Virus record (IMG/VR): IMGVR_UViG_3300049893_001204
Location: 13,679-77,678 of that record
Length of the DNA stretch: 64,000 nt
Reading direction: 5' to 3' (one strand)
Source: a virus
Position numbers and translations under genes: made by a program. Below the pieces are notes generated by a model. That model did no database searches, was not told where the DNA came from, and worked only from the letters and a program-made list of their open reading frames with translations. Positions within the stretch are counted from its first letter, which is position 1. Every line of letters begins with the position of its first letter. Of this stretch, positions 30,396 to 40,410 are shown one piece after another.

Positions 30396-31211
30396 ATGAA
30401 CTTTGCTTCTGTCTGCGCTCAAACTAACGAAACTCCACGGGAAGTATTTATTAGTGCAACAGCTACAGCTATCCGCTGTTCGGTAACATTGCCTCCTGTT
30501 GGCAAGAAAGCTCCTACTGTACTTGAACTCAATGTATATGGAAAAAACGCAGAGCGTTTTGTCCAAGCACCCAAAGGATCCCTCATCTACATTCACGGCG
30601 CCAAGCTACGTCACGATCTTGACACCAAAACGTTTTTGTTACATGGAGGAATTATTGCTCCGGTTACGGAACAATTCCCGATCTTTAATACAATCATCTT
30701 GAGTGGTCGTTGTATTAAAGACATTGACCACGATGACGCACGTGCATTTCGTACAACACCAGATGGTTTGATGATTTGCAATCAAACACTATCTGTTAGC
30801 ACTGGTCGCAATCAAGCTGATCTCTTCAACTTCTTTGCGATGAACAATGCACAGGACAAACTTAACAATGCCGAATTGTTAGTTAACTTCACACGCAAGG
30901 GAACTGGTCTAACCATTAACGGTCGCCTTGTAACAGATACATGGATTGACCGTGAAACAAAAGAAAAGAAATCTCAGACCAAGATCCAGCTGGTTAATAT
31001 GACCCTGGCTCCCAAGGGATCTGTTGAACCGCAGCCAATTACACCGCAAACCACCGTTGCCTCTACTGAGAATGTTGCCACGCTTTGGGGTGGCCGCACT
31101 GCTGACGAAACTCCTGATCCCTGGAACAAAGCCTCAGGTGGTGGTCTGCCTGATCTCCCTGGACACTATGGCCCTGCTCCAACTGAAATCGATGAAGAGG
31201 TTCCGTTCTGA
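30396..31211 (+). CDS. ssb: Single-stranded DNA-binding protein with tandem OB folds
   Basis: NTIILSGR...RKGTGLTINGRLVTDTWIDRETKEKKSQTKI; C-terminal DEEVPF. Confidence 0.75.
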   Translation: MNFASVCAQTNETPREVFISATATAIRCSVTLPPVGKKAPTVLELNVYGKNAERFVQAPKGSLIYIHGAKLRHDLDTKTFLLHGGIIAPVTEQFPIFNTIILSGRCIKDIDHDDARAFRTTPDGLMICNQTLSVSTGRNQADLFNFFAMNNAQDKLNNAELLVNFTRKGTGLTINGRLVTDTWIDRETKEKKSQTKIQLVNMTLAPKGSVEPQPITPQTTVASTENVATLWGGRTADETPDPWNKASGGGLPDLPGHYGPAPTEIDEEVPF

Positions 31212-31536
31212 TGTCTGATCACACTCCTGTCAAGCCACTGAAAAGTGAGTTTTGTTTTCTACATGAAGACTCAGATGGTACTGAAACCATTGTTAAGTTT
31301 GACCAGGTTTTTACCGACAAGATCATTGAGAACTTCATTCAGTTCTTAAGGGGTTGCGGTCACCATGACATTTGTATTTACACTGCATTGCAATTTTTTG
31401 CAGAAGAATACTTTCAATCCATGGAGTCTATGGATCTTGTAGAGATCCATGAAGATAACAAAGAAATGTTAAAAGACCTTAGAAAGAAAAAGAAGAAGGG
31501 AGTTAAGCAAGAAGCTGATGACTTAAACTGATGGCC

Positions 31537-31564
31537 CGTCCTGGGATGACGTTAAACTCATCCA
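31537..31564 (+). ncRNA. Motif B copy 5
   Basis: CGTC c TGGGA t GACG TTAAAC TCATCCA (stem 2 imperfect). Confidence 0.6.
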
Positions 31565-31585
31565 CTAACCCACTCGGAACTGACC

Positions 31586-32689
31586 ATGACTTCAACTCCG
31601 ATTGACATCTTGAGTGATTCCTGGATGGATGAAATCCAACCTGAAACAACTTCTGCACCACTCCCTGCTTCTACCAACAAAATGACCATGAAGAAAACCT
31701 CTTCCCTTGCCAAGCGTGACATTGCTTCTTTCCAAATTTTCCAATCTAAGGAATTTGTTTCTGGGTACCAGAACCTCGTCACAATTCAACCTCTTAACAA
31801 GTCCAAGACACGAGGTTGGTTCGTGCGGAAGTCAGACCTGGACACTTGCGGATGGAGTGCCACTGAAAGTGACTTTGCTACAGGTTCAGTTATCTGGAAC
31901 TACAAGCAAACTTTTGGCATGGCTCCCAACACTTCAGTGGAAGAAGGACTCAATTTTACTGAGCCTCGTATTCAAATCCTTCTACGTTCTCCCCTCATGG
32001 TTGAGGAAACCACAGGGATGAGGCAAACGATTGGTACGTTTGATAACCCTGAGGTTAAGGAATTGTTTGAAGCCGATAAGGTTGCATCTGATCTTGCCGG
32101 CAGCAAAGGTGAGCTGTACAAGCGCAAGTACAGTGTGCGGACCAAATACCTGATCTACCTGCTGACCAAAGACAACAAGCGTGCCCATAATATTCCTATG
32201 GTGCTGACGCTGAAAGGTCTTAATGGTACAGATGTATCTGATAAGGTACGTATCTATGAGCGTGAGATGTCTAAGTGTCTGAGCAAAGCTCTGGATACTG
32301 AGATTCCTCTGAGCTTCAATGAGAAGTTCTATGCCACTACAGTGTTCTCTCCTGTGTTGGCTAATGAGATGCGTGGTGCTAACAACGTAGAGATCTGCGC
32401 TGTTGAATCATTTGACATTCCTGATTACAGCACACAAGAAGATGCGATTGAATCTTTGAATCGTTTGTCGATTCCAGATGAAGATCGTGAATCAACTTGG
32501 AAGTACCAGGAACTGTTCTTTGATTACATCAACATCCATGCCAAGCAGGATGCACAGAAACTGGGTGGTGCCTATGGTATGAAAGATGGTGTAGAAGTAT
32601 TGCCTGCTTCTCGTACCACAGATGCCATTGAGGTTAAGGCATTGCCTTCTCGTAACCCCATCACTGGTGAGGATTCTGATCTGAGCTAA
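31586..32689 (+). CDS. DUF5895-like protein, possible DNA recombination/annealing role
   Basis: GWFV...GW, PRIQILLRSPL, YLIYLL..DNK..H.IPMVLTLKG resemble a cyanobacterial family (from recall). Confidence 0.5.
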   Translation: MTSTPIDILSDSWMDEIQPETTSAPLPASTNKMTMKKTSSLAKRDIASFQIFQSKEFVSGYQNLVTIQPLNKSKTRGWFVRKSDLDTCGWSATESDFATGSVIWNYKQTFGMAPNTSVEEGLNFTEPRIQILLRSPLMVEETTGMRQTIGTFDNPEVKELFEADKVASDLAGSKGELYKRKYSVRTKYLIYLLTKDNKRAHNIPMVLTLKGLNGTDVSDKVRIYEREMSKCLSKALDTEIPLSFNEKFYATTVFSPVLANEMRGANNVEICAVESFDIPDYSTQEDAIESLNRLSIPDEDRESTWKYQELFFDYINIHAKQDAQKLGGAYGMKDGVEVLPASRTTDAIEVKALPSRNPITGEDSDLS

Positions 32690-32954
32690 CACTAACAGAA
32701 GGATTAGCTAGGTCATTCGGATTGATAATCACTTGATTAAAGATCCGAATGTCCTTTACTAAACCTTTAATAATTCCTTGACGTTGAGTGGCAATCCTCG
32801 CCAAGAGGGTTGCCATCTCTTTTAGTTCACTAACGGAATTACATTCAGCAATGGAGCGTTTGATCTTTTCTTCCCAGAACTTATCATCAATTGATGGTTC
32901 AATTTCAAACGCATGCAATGGAGTGTACTCAAGTTCTTGTGTAGATTCTTCCAT
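32661..32954 (-). CDS. Hypothetical protein
   Basis: 97-aa ORF, lone minus-strand gene with upstream TAGAAT. Confidence 0.5.
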   Translation of the reverse strand: MEESTQELEYTPLHAFEIEPSIDDKFWEEKIKRSIAECNSVSELKEMATLLARIATQRQGIIKGLVKDIRIFNQVIINPNDLANPSVSVSSDQNPHQ

Positions 32955-33246
32955 TGTTTATGTAATTGTTAGTGACATTCTACTCAAAAACAATCAGAGA
33001 TTCAAAATGAAACCTGAAGAAAAAGCTGCATTACAGACAGGTGCCATTGCTGCTGGGCTAGGAAGCCTAGTAGCTCTGGTCGTAAGCAGCCCCATTACCT
33101 GGGGTGTGCTGGCCTACGGCACCTATCGAATCAGTCGTCAGGCGTACCAGCGGACCAAGTACCGTGGTAAGCTGAAGCCTATCCCTGAGGAAGACACCTG
33201 GGGGATCTGATTCCAACTCAACTCAAACCACAACACACTATTAGCC

Positions 33247-34188
33247 ATGACAACTGCTCAACTTACAGAACTCAATGAAGGTCAGAAACTTATCTACACA
33301 CGCACGAATATTGGCCGTGCGTTCCATGGGTTTGATGACACCGAAATTGCTGGCATTTATTTGCGAGATGATGATTGTTGCGTGGTGCGCCGCGATGGTA
33401 GCCAGCAGACTTACAACAGGGAACTGATAAGAAAAGCTTATATATGCCACAAGGGTAGGCTTAAGGATTTCTTTTCATATTTAGGTCCTAACTATAGGGG
33501 TCCTAGCATATGGCGTAACAACGCCTATGTTCTTTTCAAAGGATGGAACTATGTCCATGCACTCGGACACACAACACCCAACGCAAAGTTACAAAACCAC
33601 TGGGCAGACAAATTTATACACCTATCAGATCAACACAAACTCACAACCCTCCTTCAATCTGACCAAACAGACCTGGGGCATCTGGTTGCGCCGGACGGGT
33701 TGCGGTCTACAGATCGGCCCATTGATCTGGACTCTGAGTTGGTGGAAGACGAGAGTACCCTTCCGACATGTGAACCTTGGTGTTCATGCGGGTCCTTTCA
33801 GCGTCAGCTCCACAATCTTCCTCTGCTCAGACAAGAAGCAGAAGGAATCATGCCCTGGTGCATCCACCTGAGTTGGTTTATTAAGTACAGGCAACTGCTA
33901 TGCAAGCGCACAGAGGTACGTAATGCAGCACCATCTGGTACACCAGATAAATGCGTGGCTTGGTTTTATGCTCCACCGGTAGATGCAACCAGTGACGGTA
34001 AGTTTGTATTGCTGCATACCAAGCATGGGTCACAGGCACCGCTAACACACTGGCGTACCTACAAGAAAGATGAAGTCTTTACGCAAGCTGATGCATGGGC
34101 TTTGTTTGACAGTATGCTAGATGCTGGTTATGTGCCATACCCTGGCACTTCTTTGCCACAACTTAAGACTGCACTCAAGAAACAATGA
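33247..34188 (+). CDS. SWIM zinc-finger-containing protein
   Basis: WCSCGSF...WCIHL (CxC...CxH). Confidence 0.6.
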   Translation: MTTAQLTELNEGQKLIYTRTNIGRAFHGFDDTEIAGIYLRDDDCCVVRRDGSQQTYNRELIRKAYICHKGRLKDFFSYLGPNYRGPSIWRNNAYVLFKGWNYVHALGHTTPNAKLQNHWADKFIHLSDQHKLTTLLQSDQTDLGHLVAPDGLRSTDRPIDLDSELVEDESTLPTCEPWCSCGSFQRQLHNLPLLRQEAEGIMPWCIHLSWFIKYRQLLCKRTEVRNAAPSGTPDKCVAWFYAPPVDATSDGKFVLLHTKHGSQAPLTHWRTYKKDEVFTQADAWALFDSMLDAGYVPYPGTSLPQLKTALKKQ

Positions 34189-34838
34189 CACCAACCCAAC
34201 GTTATGATCTGGACATTCCAGAAGACACCCATTGGGCACTTGTTAAGTTAGCTGCAGAACTTAAGATGCATCATGAAGACTATGCACAAAACATTCTGAT
34301 TGGTCATGTCGAACACGAATTGGATCGACAAGCTGCAGCTAACAACGATTGAAGAACCTGATGGGTCTTTGACAATTCAGATTGACTGGGATCCAGAAGA
34401 TCCGGAGTTAGCTCTTTGGACTTCATGGGGTGAGGAAAAACAAAAACAACTTTTCCTCGATGCTTTAACCAAAACTCTTGACAAGGAAATTGACAATGAC
34501 TATTGATCAGTATGGCTTGAATGATCCAGAGTATACCAAGCTGTTCCTTAAGAATGCAGATCAACTAATTGATCTGTACTATAGGTTTAGCAATAAGCTA
34601 ACGGCTGGTTACCAAATGGGTGTGCCAGAGGATGTTAAGCGTCAGCTCTTTGATGATGTTGTTTACAGAACCAATGACTGCGCTCGTGAGAAACATAAAG
34701 AAGAACATCCTGAAAGCATTGAACTATATGTAAGTAATACAGAGTTGAAGAAAGAGATTGATTCTCTTAAAACAATTCTTCTTAATTTAGTTGAAGTATT
34801 GATTGCAGCCGAAGAAAATAAACCGATGGAATAATAGT

Positions 34839-34867
34839 GCGTCCTGGTCATGACGTTAAACTGACCA
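34839..34867 (+). ncRNA. Motif B copy 6
   Basis: GCGTC c TGGTCA t GACGT TAAAC TGACCA. Confidence 0.75.
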
Positions 34868-34893
34868 CAACCCATCTCAATTAAATCAAGTTC

Positions 34894-35013
34894 ATGTTTG
34901 AATCCATCCTTGGTGCCATTGCTCCAGTGCTTAAAGATTTGCTGTGGGCTGCAGCTGGTATGCTGCTGTCCTACTGCATCAACAAACTCCAAGCTCACTT
35001 CAACCTCATCTGA
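34894..35013 (+). CDS. Small hydrophobic peptide (39 aa)
   Basis: MFESILGAIAPVLKDLLWAAAGMLLSYCINKLQAHFNLI, directly after motif B leader. Confidence 0.5.
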   Translation: MFESILGAIAPVLKDLLWAAAGMLLSYCINKLQAHFNLI

Positions 35014-35016
35014 GTC

Positions 35017-35715
35017 ATGACACAAATTACTTCAACAAAACTCAATACGCTAAACATCATTCAGCTCTATGAGCACTATGCTGCTCTGGAACGCTCTCTT
35101 CCTTTGCTCACTCCTCAGTCCCAGGAGATGGCAAAAGCAGAGCTGGAAATTTGTGCTAACCTCCGATCAGAAAAGATTGATCGCATCCATTACGCAATGG
35201 CATCCCATGAAGATGCTATTGAACGCATCAAGAAAGAATCAGAGATGATTGCGGATTCCAAACGCCATCACGAATCTCAAATCAAGTCTCTCAAGGGATT
35301 GCTAAGCTGGTTACGTCGCGCTCTGCCCAACGACTCCAATAAAATTACAGGGCGCAACTATCAGTTCACCTTAGTCAAGAAGAAGGAGTTAACCGTTGAA
35401 GTCACGTCGGACCCTAACCTTTGGGACACTGAACAAAAATCTAAATTCTGCATCGAACAAGAAACAACCACAACTAGAAGAACCGTGGTACGTTCAATAT
35501 CAGGAGAAGTCCTATCCGACAGGACAGAACCTAAAACCAAACTTGAAATCCTCCCTAACGTCGATGCAATCCGTAACGCCTACCAAACCGGGCAACAACT
35601 ACCACAAGGAGTCAAAGTTGCACAAGAATATTCCATCCGTACACGACGACTTTTCTCCAACCGGTTGGAGATGGATGCATCCGAATATGCAGGAGAACTT
35701 CTACCAGAAGCTTGA
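35017..35715 (+). CDS. Siphovirus Gp157-like protein
   Basis: EKIDRI...IKKESE..coiled coil...PNVDAIRNAYQTGQQLPQGV. Confidence 0.65.
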   Translation: MTQITSTKLNTLNIIQLYEHYAALERSLPLLTPQSQEMAKAELEICANLRSEKIDRIHYAMASHEDAIERIKKESEMIADSKRHHESQIKSLKGLLSWLRRALPNDSNKITGRNYQFTLVKKKELTVEVTSDPNLWDTEQKSKFCIEQETTTTRRTVVRSISGEVLSDRTEPKTKLEILPNVDAIRNAYQTGQQLPQGVKVAQEYSIRTRRLFSNRLEMDASEYAGELLPEA

Positions 35716-37484
35716 ACCTCCTGTTGACATCGAAGATGCACGCATCAAGATGGCATGTCATAACCACAGCGTAGAAGACTTTGATCTACAGCTGGAAATG
35801 AATGCTCTTGAGATGGGTATGCTATGCGATGGTGCTGAGCCCCTCCCTTACCAACAAGATAAAGCAGAGGATCTTGAACAAAAGAAACTTAAGCTTCTTC
35901 TTGGTAAACGTTTTCATCAGAACGCAGCACGGTGTTACTGGTACTGGATTGCTAAGTCTGAAAAATAACTTCACATACAATTGAATAATACATAGAGGTG
36001 TACCATGGCTGATGAAAACCTGATCCGTTTATTGGCAGGGTTCACCAGTGATGGTACACCCCTTTCTGCAACGATTGGTTCCAAGATGGAGCATGGTGTT
36101 GTCATCTTGACAGCTGCCATGTTAAGCAATGAAAACCTTGCTGCATCTATGGATGCAGAAGAGATGGTTGATGCTGCTGTTACTTACTACAATCTCATTC
36201 AAAAACGACTTGGTTACTACCAGGAATGTCAAGCACATTCTTTAGAGCGTCTCCTAAACAGCTAATTACTGCTATGGTAAGAGGGTCTTAAATCCTAGCG
36301 ATGGATCCAATTCCTGTACCAAAGCTTACCGTCTCCTTTGCTGTTGAGGTAGACATTGAATACAACTCGTTTGGTGGTCGTACCAAACAAGACATTGCTA
36401 TTGCTCTAGCAGATGATGTCGAAAACCTTATCTATGAGGTAACACCAGACATCAAAGCTGTTTTTGTTTCTATTACTGGAATTGATTCCGATGACAACTG
36501 ATCTTAAAACAAAACTTAATACTGCTGGTGCTTTTGATACCCCCTGGCTTAAGGAGCAACTCCTTAGGTGGGACGCAAAGGCCGAGCAACGCAAGGCAGA
36601 CTTCACCGAGCACATGTACCGCTGCAGTAACAGGACAGACCCCGCTCACCCCATGCACAGCCTCTACACAGGCCTCTGGCATGACTTCTGCATCCGTGAA
36701 GCAGGGCCCATCATGCGTGATAGGTTCTTTGAAATGATGGCAGCCATTGACCTTTATGAGCAAGGTCTGCTGACACCAGAGCTTGCTTCTTAAGGTTTCT
36801 TTCTTGCACATCTTGTTAGGACGGGCCACCATAGTGGAACGTCCTTCCTACTTATGGAATCTACTGACCCCGGCTGGACTAAAAACGCACCCATGGATGC
36901 GATTAAAGATTGGCAAATCTGGTACAAACAACACCGCGTTGTTGCTGAAATGGATGAGCCCCTGGTAACAAAAGACTCACGCGAAAAACTTCATGACACC
37001 ACTAATGCAACTAATTCTCAATTAGAGGATTGGCGTTCCAGCCTTGGGTACCAAGATTGTTATTTCAAGTCAGCTGTTGAGCACTTTAGTGATACGTTAG
37101 CTGAGTTTGCTAATGAACTTACTGCTGCTCAAATGTATGAAGCTTTCTTGTATGCTGCAATGGATTCAGTAAAACAAATAAAACAAGACTATGAGAATGC
37201 TCAAGAACTTGTTGATCTGATTAAAGGAGAAAAAAACAATGACAAATAAACCTGTAATTATGAACCCTATTCCTTACCCAGAATGGGTTTGTCATACCTG
37301 TGGCATGGACTTTGGTGGCTGGTATAAAAAAGGTGTGTACACTGGACCAACACATCACTGCTCAACACACCACATGGGTACATGTGGTGTTTGCGGTGCA
37401 ACAGATGTAAGTGTCACAGAGCCCAGGGACTATGGTCACCTGCGTAAGGACTGGCGACATGCTGCCTATGAAGCTAAGAAAAAA

Positions 37485-37826
37485 TCAACCCCCAGCAGCA
37501 AGGCTGAATAAAACTGTTGCATTGGTACCACCTGCTTCTGATACAAAGACAGGTTGAACGTATTTAACCGGGTGGTTTGCTACGTTGTAATGGGTGGTGC
37601 CATTTGCAGTAATAGTTTGGTTTGCAATAACCTTAGACCAATTGGTGCCATCAATTGAACCATTTAGTGCCACAACAACGTTGGTATCAACTGTTGCAAC
37701 GGTAACAAACAATACATAGTTCTTGGTTACAAGCTTAGGCGGTAGTTGTACTACAGTCGATACACCAGATGCAGGTGCAGTTAAAACTGGATAGTTAATG
37801 AATAGATTTTCTTCTTGGTTAGCCAT
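37485..37826 (-). CDS. Small beta-rich structural-type protein
   Basis: LNGSIDGTNW motif. Confidence 0.55.
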   Translation of the reverse strand: MANQEENLFINYPVLTAPASGVSTVVQLPPKLVTKNYVLFVTVATVDTNVVVALNGSIDGTNWSKVIANQTITANGTTHYNVANHPVKYVQPVFVSEAGGTNATVLFSLAAGG

Positions 37827-37865
37827 AACACCATTGGTTTTTACTCATTCTAATTGAATGACTAG

Positions 37866-38684
37866 TTAAAACTTATCCAACATGGAGTTAACATACTTGC
37901 TAGTCCAATCTTGTACTTCCTTTGTTTTTTGTTGGAACGATGGATCAAGAGCTAACCCTAAAGGTGTTCCTGTTTGCCTAGCAAAAATTCTTGTTGCTGG
38001 TTGATCCAAAGCATCTGTAGGATTTGTAGTTTGATATTGTGGAATGCTTAAACCATAAATGTCTTGAATAGTTTCATCTGCATAAGAGGAAGGATAGCCT
38101 TTAAACCATGGATCTGTTTCAAAAGATTTAGTGTCAATTCCTAGATTAGGATTTAATGATGCATATTCTCTTACTGTTTTTGCACCATACCGCTGAGCTT
38201 CTGTTTCAGCTTTTACGTTTGGTTGTATTTGATTGGTAAAAAGATGTTGTAAATAATCTGTTGGTGTGTCAAAAAATCTTGTTTGAGCAGTTCTTTGTTG
38301 GGCATTTAACATGCGTAAATCTGGATCTCTGGTATGACCAACTTCATGCGCTAATGTCTCATAGCTTGCTCCTGGTGCAAGGAACACGTTACGTTCATTG
38401 CTTTTGTTTGGTGGGTTAAATAGGCCACCAGTAGGATGCTCTGGAAAAAATGCCCCGAGTGTATTTGGATTTCCTTGTGGAAACTGTTGATTGAATGGTT
38501 GAACAATGATATTTTTTCCGGTTTTATTCTGTAAGTAGTTTAAGTAATTACCAAAATCATTGGGTGTTATTTTTGTGCCTGTTGCAGGTCTTTCTTTAGA
38601 AAGAATGTTTTCTAGAAAGGGGTTAAGACTAACTGCAGTATCTCTAACAAGATTAGAAACACCTCTAAGATTTGGAGCTACCAT
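37866..38684 (-). CDS. Zincin-like metallopeptidase-motif protein
   Basis: TLAHEVGH with downstream AETEA. Confidence 0.55.
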   Translation of the reverse strand: MVAPNLRGVSNLVRDTAVSLNPFLENILSKERPATGTKITPNDFGNYLNYLQNKTGKNIIVQPFNQQFPQGNPNTLGAFFPEHPTGGLFNPPNKSNERNVFLAPGASYETLAHEVGHTRDPDLRMLNAQQRTAQTRFFDTPTDYLQHLFTNQIQPNVKAETEAQRYGAKTVREYASLNPNLGIDTKSFETDPWFKGYPSSYADETIQDIYGLSIPQYQTTNPTDALDQPATRIFARQTGTPLGLALDPSFQQKTKEVQDWTSKYVNSMLDKF

Positions 38685-38756
38685 CTAACATGTTGCCATT
38701 ATGTTTATTTTAATTGCATTACTTCAGTGATAAACTTGTATTAGTGCAAGAAATCT

Positions 38757-39308
38757 ATGTATACCCCTGCTCCTCAAGCGCCTGCTCAGCCTGAACTTAC
38801 TGTTGTTCAACAGTTGCCGCAAGAGCAAGCAAAGCCCAAGGCTCCTGCTAAATCCAAAGGGACTGATGTTGGATCCTTTATCCAGCAGTGCATCTCTCTG
38901 TGCTCGTATCTAAAGGATCTTGAGACCCAGAGTCACTTAATCCATTTAAACTACGAGGGTGCAAACTTTCTTGGGGTGCATGCCTTCCTTAAAGAGCAGT
39001 ATGAAGCGCACCTAGAGCAGTTTGATACCCTTGCTGAGTTTGTACGCAGCATGGATTACCTGATGCCAATGTGTGGTTGTGGTTTAGCTGATGCTTCTCC
39101 AGGGCTCCAGAAAGTAACTAGCTATAAAGGTAATGATCAGCTAGCGGTGTACTACAAGAATCTTGAAGAGTTAGCCAATAAAGCTAAGAAATTAGAACCT
39201 ATTGCTGCCAAGGTAGGTGCTATTGATATCCAAAACTACATGGCAGATCTTGTTGGTCAAGCTTTTAAAGCCGCTTGGTTTGTTAAAGCTACTTTGAGGA
39301 ATGGGTGA
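38757..39308 (+). CDS. dps: Dps/ferritin-like protein
   Basis: HLIHLNYEGANFLGVHAFLKEQYE...DTLAEFVR Dps signature; AAWFVKA C-terminus. Confidence 0.85.
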   Translation: MYTPAPQAPAQPELTVVQQLPQEQAKPKAPAKSKGTDVGSFIQQCISLCSYLKDLETQSHLIHLNYEGANFLGVHAFLKEQYEAHLEQFDTLAEFVRSMDYLMPMCGCGLADASPGLQKVTSYKGNDQLAVYYKNLEELANKAKKLEPIAAKVGAIDIQNYMADLVGQAFKAAWFVKATLRNG

Positions 39309-40393
39309 TGAATTTATTCCAGAAACTATTAAATACATATAGACGTGCTGATAAATCTTTGGGTGGCTGGTTGCCAGGTGGTGGAACTGCTAATCCTTTA
39401 AGCAGAACAGTTTCTAGTATTAATCCTCAAGATGCACTTGGTTATTTGGTAACAACAACAGCTCAACCTGTTCAATCAAGAATAAAGAGAGAAGTCCAAA
39501 ACATTGCTAACTCAGGTAGCTGGGGAACAACGCTTAGAGAAGTGCCAAGACTAATGTCTGCGGCAACTAAACAAATGAATCGACTTGGTCTTCCTGGTGT
39601 TTGGTCTACAGATTTTGCAAACACAACACCAAAAAATTTAGGACAAGGAACGCTTCCTGCTGGAGTTCGAGTTGATGCAACTGGTGCTTATAATATGTTC
39701 TCAAGTATGGGTCCGCATTATGACATTGAAGGTAAAGTTGTAAGTACAGGTCCAAGGACTCCTTCGTGGATTGTTGCACATGAATTAGGACATGCTGTTG
39801 ACGTAGCAAGACGACCGCAAAATTTTGCATTTATTAACAACCCAGATATTTTTAAATCAGTTATAAAAAATGAACCTTTACGACAAGCATCGCCAGGTGC
39901 ATTGGTAGTTGGAGCAGGTACACTTAAAGATTCAAATCAAGATCAATCATTATTAAGTGCAGGCATCGAAGGTGCTTTAGCTGGACTTGGCGCTGGCCAG
40001 CACATATTAAATGCAGAAATACAAGCCGATCGTCATGGCATGCCAATAGCAAGAAGAGCAGGTGTTCAATGGAATCACCCACAGAATCTATGGGCTAAAG
40101 GAAGTTATGTTTCAACTTTTGCATACCCAGGATTTGCTCAAGGAGTTATAGGTGAATTAGGAAACCGTGCTGTTAATACAATAGGTGGGTTATTTAATGC
40201 AGCAACCAGGGCTTTAAAAGGACCTGGTCTTTCGGAAACAGAACAAGCCTTAACAAAATACGGATACAATCCACTAGAATATAAAATGGAACTAAACAAT
40301 AATGAAGTAAGACTAAACAGACGAAGCAGACAAGAACAAGCCTTGTATGATTTTATAAGCAATCCAGAACAAAAGGTTCAAAAAGGATATTGA
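39305..40393 (+). CDS. Zincin-like metallopeptidase-motif protein
   Basis: IVAHELGH with downstream AEIQAD. Confidence 0.55.
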   Translation: MMNLFQKLLNTYRRADKSLGGWLPGGGTANPLSRTVSSINPQDALGYLVTTTAQPVQSRIKREVQNIANSGSWGTTLREVPRLMSAATKQMNRLGLPGVWSTDFANTTPKNLGQGTLPAGVRVDATGAYNMFSSMGPHYDIEGKVVSTGPRTPSWIVAHELGHAVDVARRPQNFAFINNPDIFKSVIKNEPLRQASPGALVVGAGTLKDSNQDQSLLSAGIEGALAGLGAGQHILNAEIQADRHGMPIARRAGVQWNHPQNLWAKGSYVSTFAYPGFAQGVIGELGNRAVNTIGGLFNAATRALKGPGLSETEQALTKYGYNPLEYKMELNNNEVRLNRRSRQEQALYDFISNPEQKVQKGY

Positions 40394-40410
40394 TTTACTG
40401 AATAACTACA

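Noticed and set aside
21718-34864. Conserved uORF MTLN within motif B
   Set aside because: Frame and length differ between copies (immediate stop, in-frame, out-of-frame) and copy 1 lacks the ATG at that position.
14019-34867. Motif B as a pistol ribozyme (CG-stem followed by UUAAA)
   Set aside because: Only the P1/pseudoknot-like part resembles it; the P2/P3 stems and catalytic core are absent.
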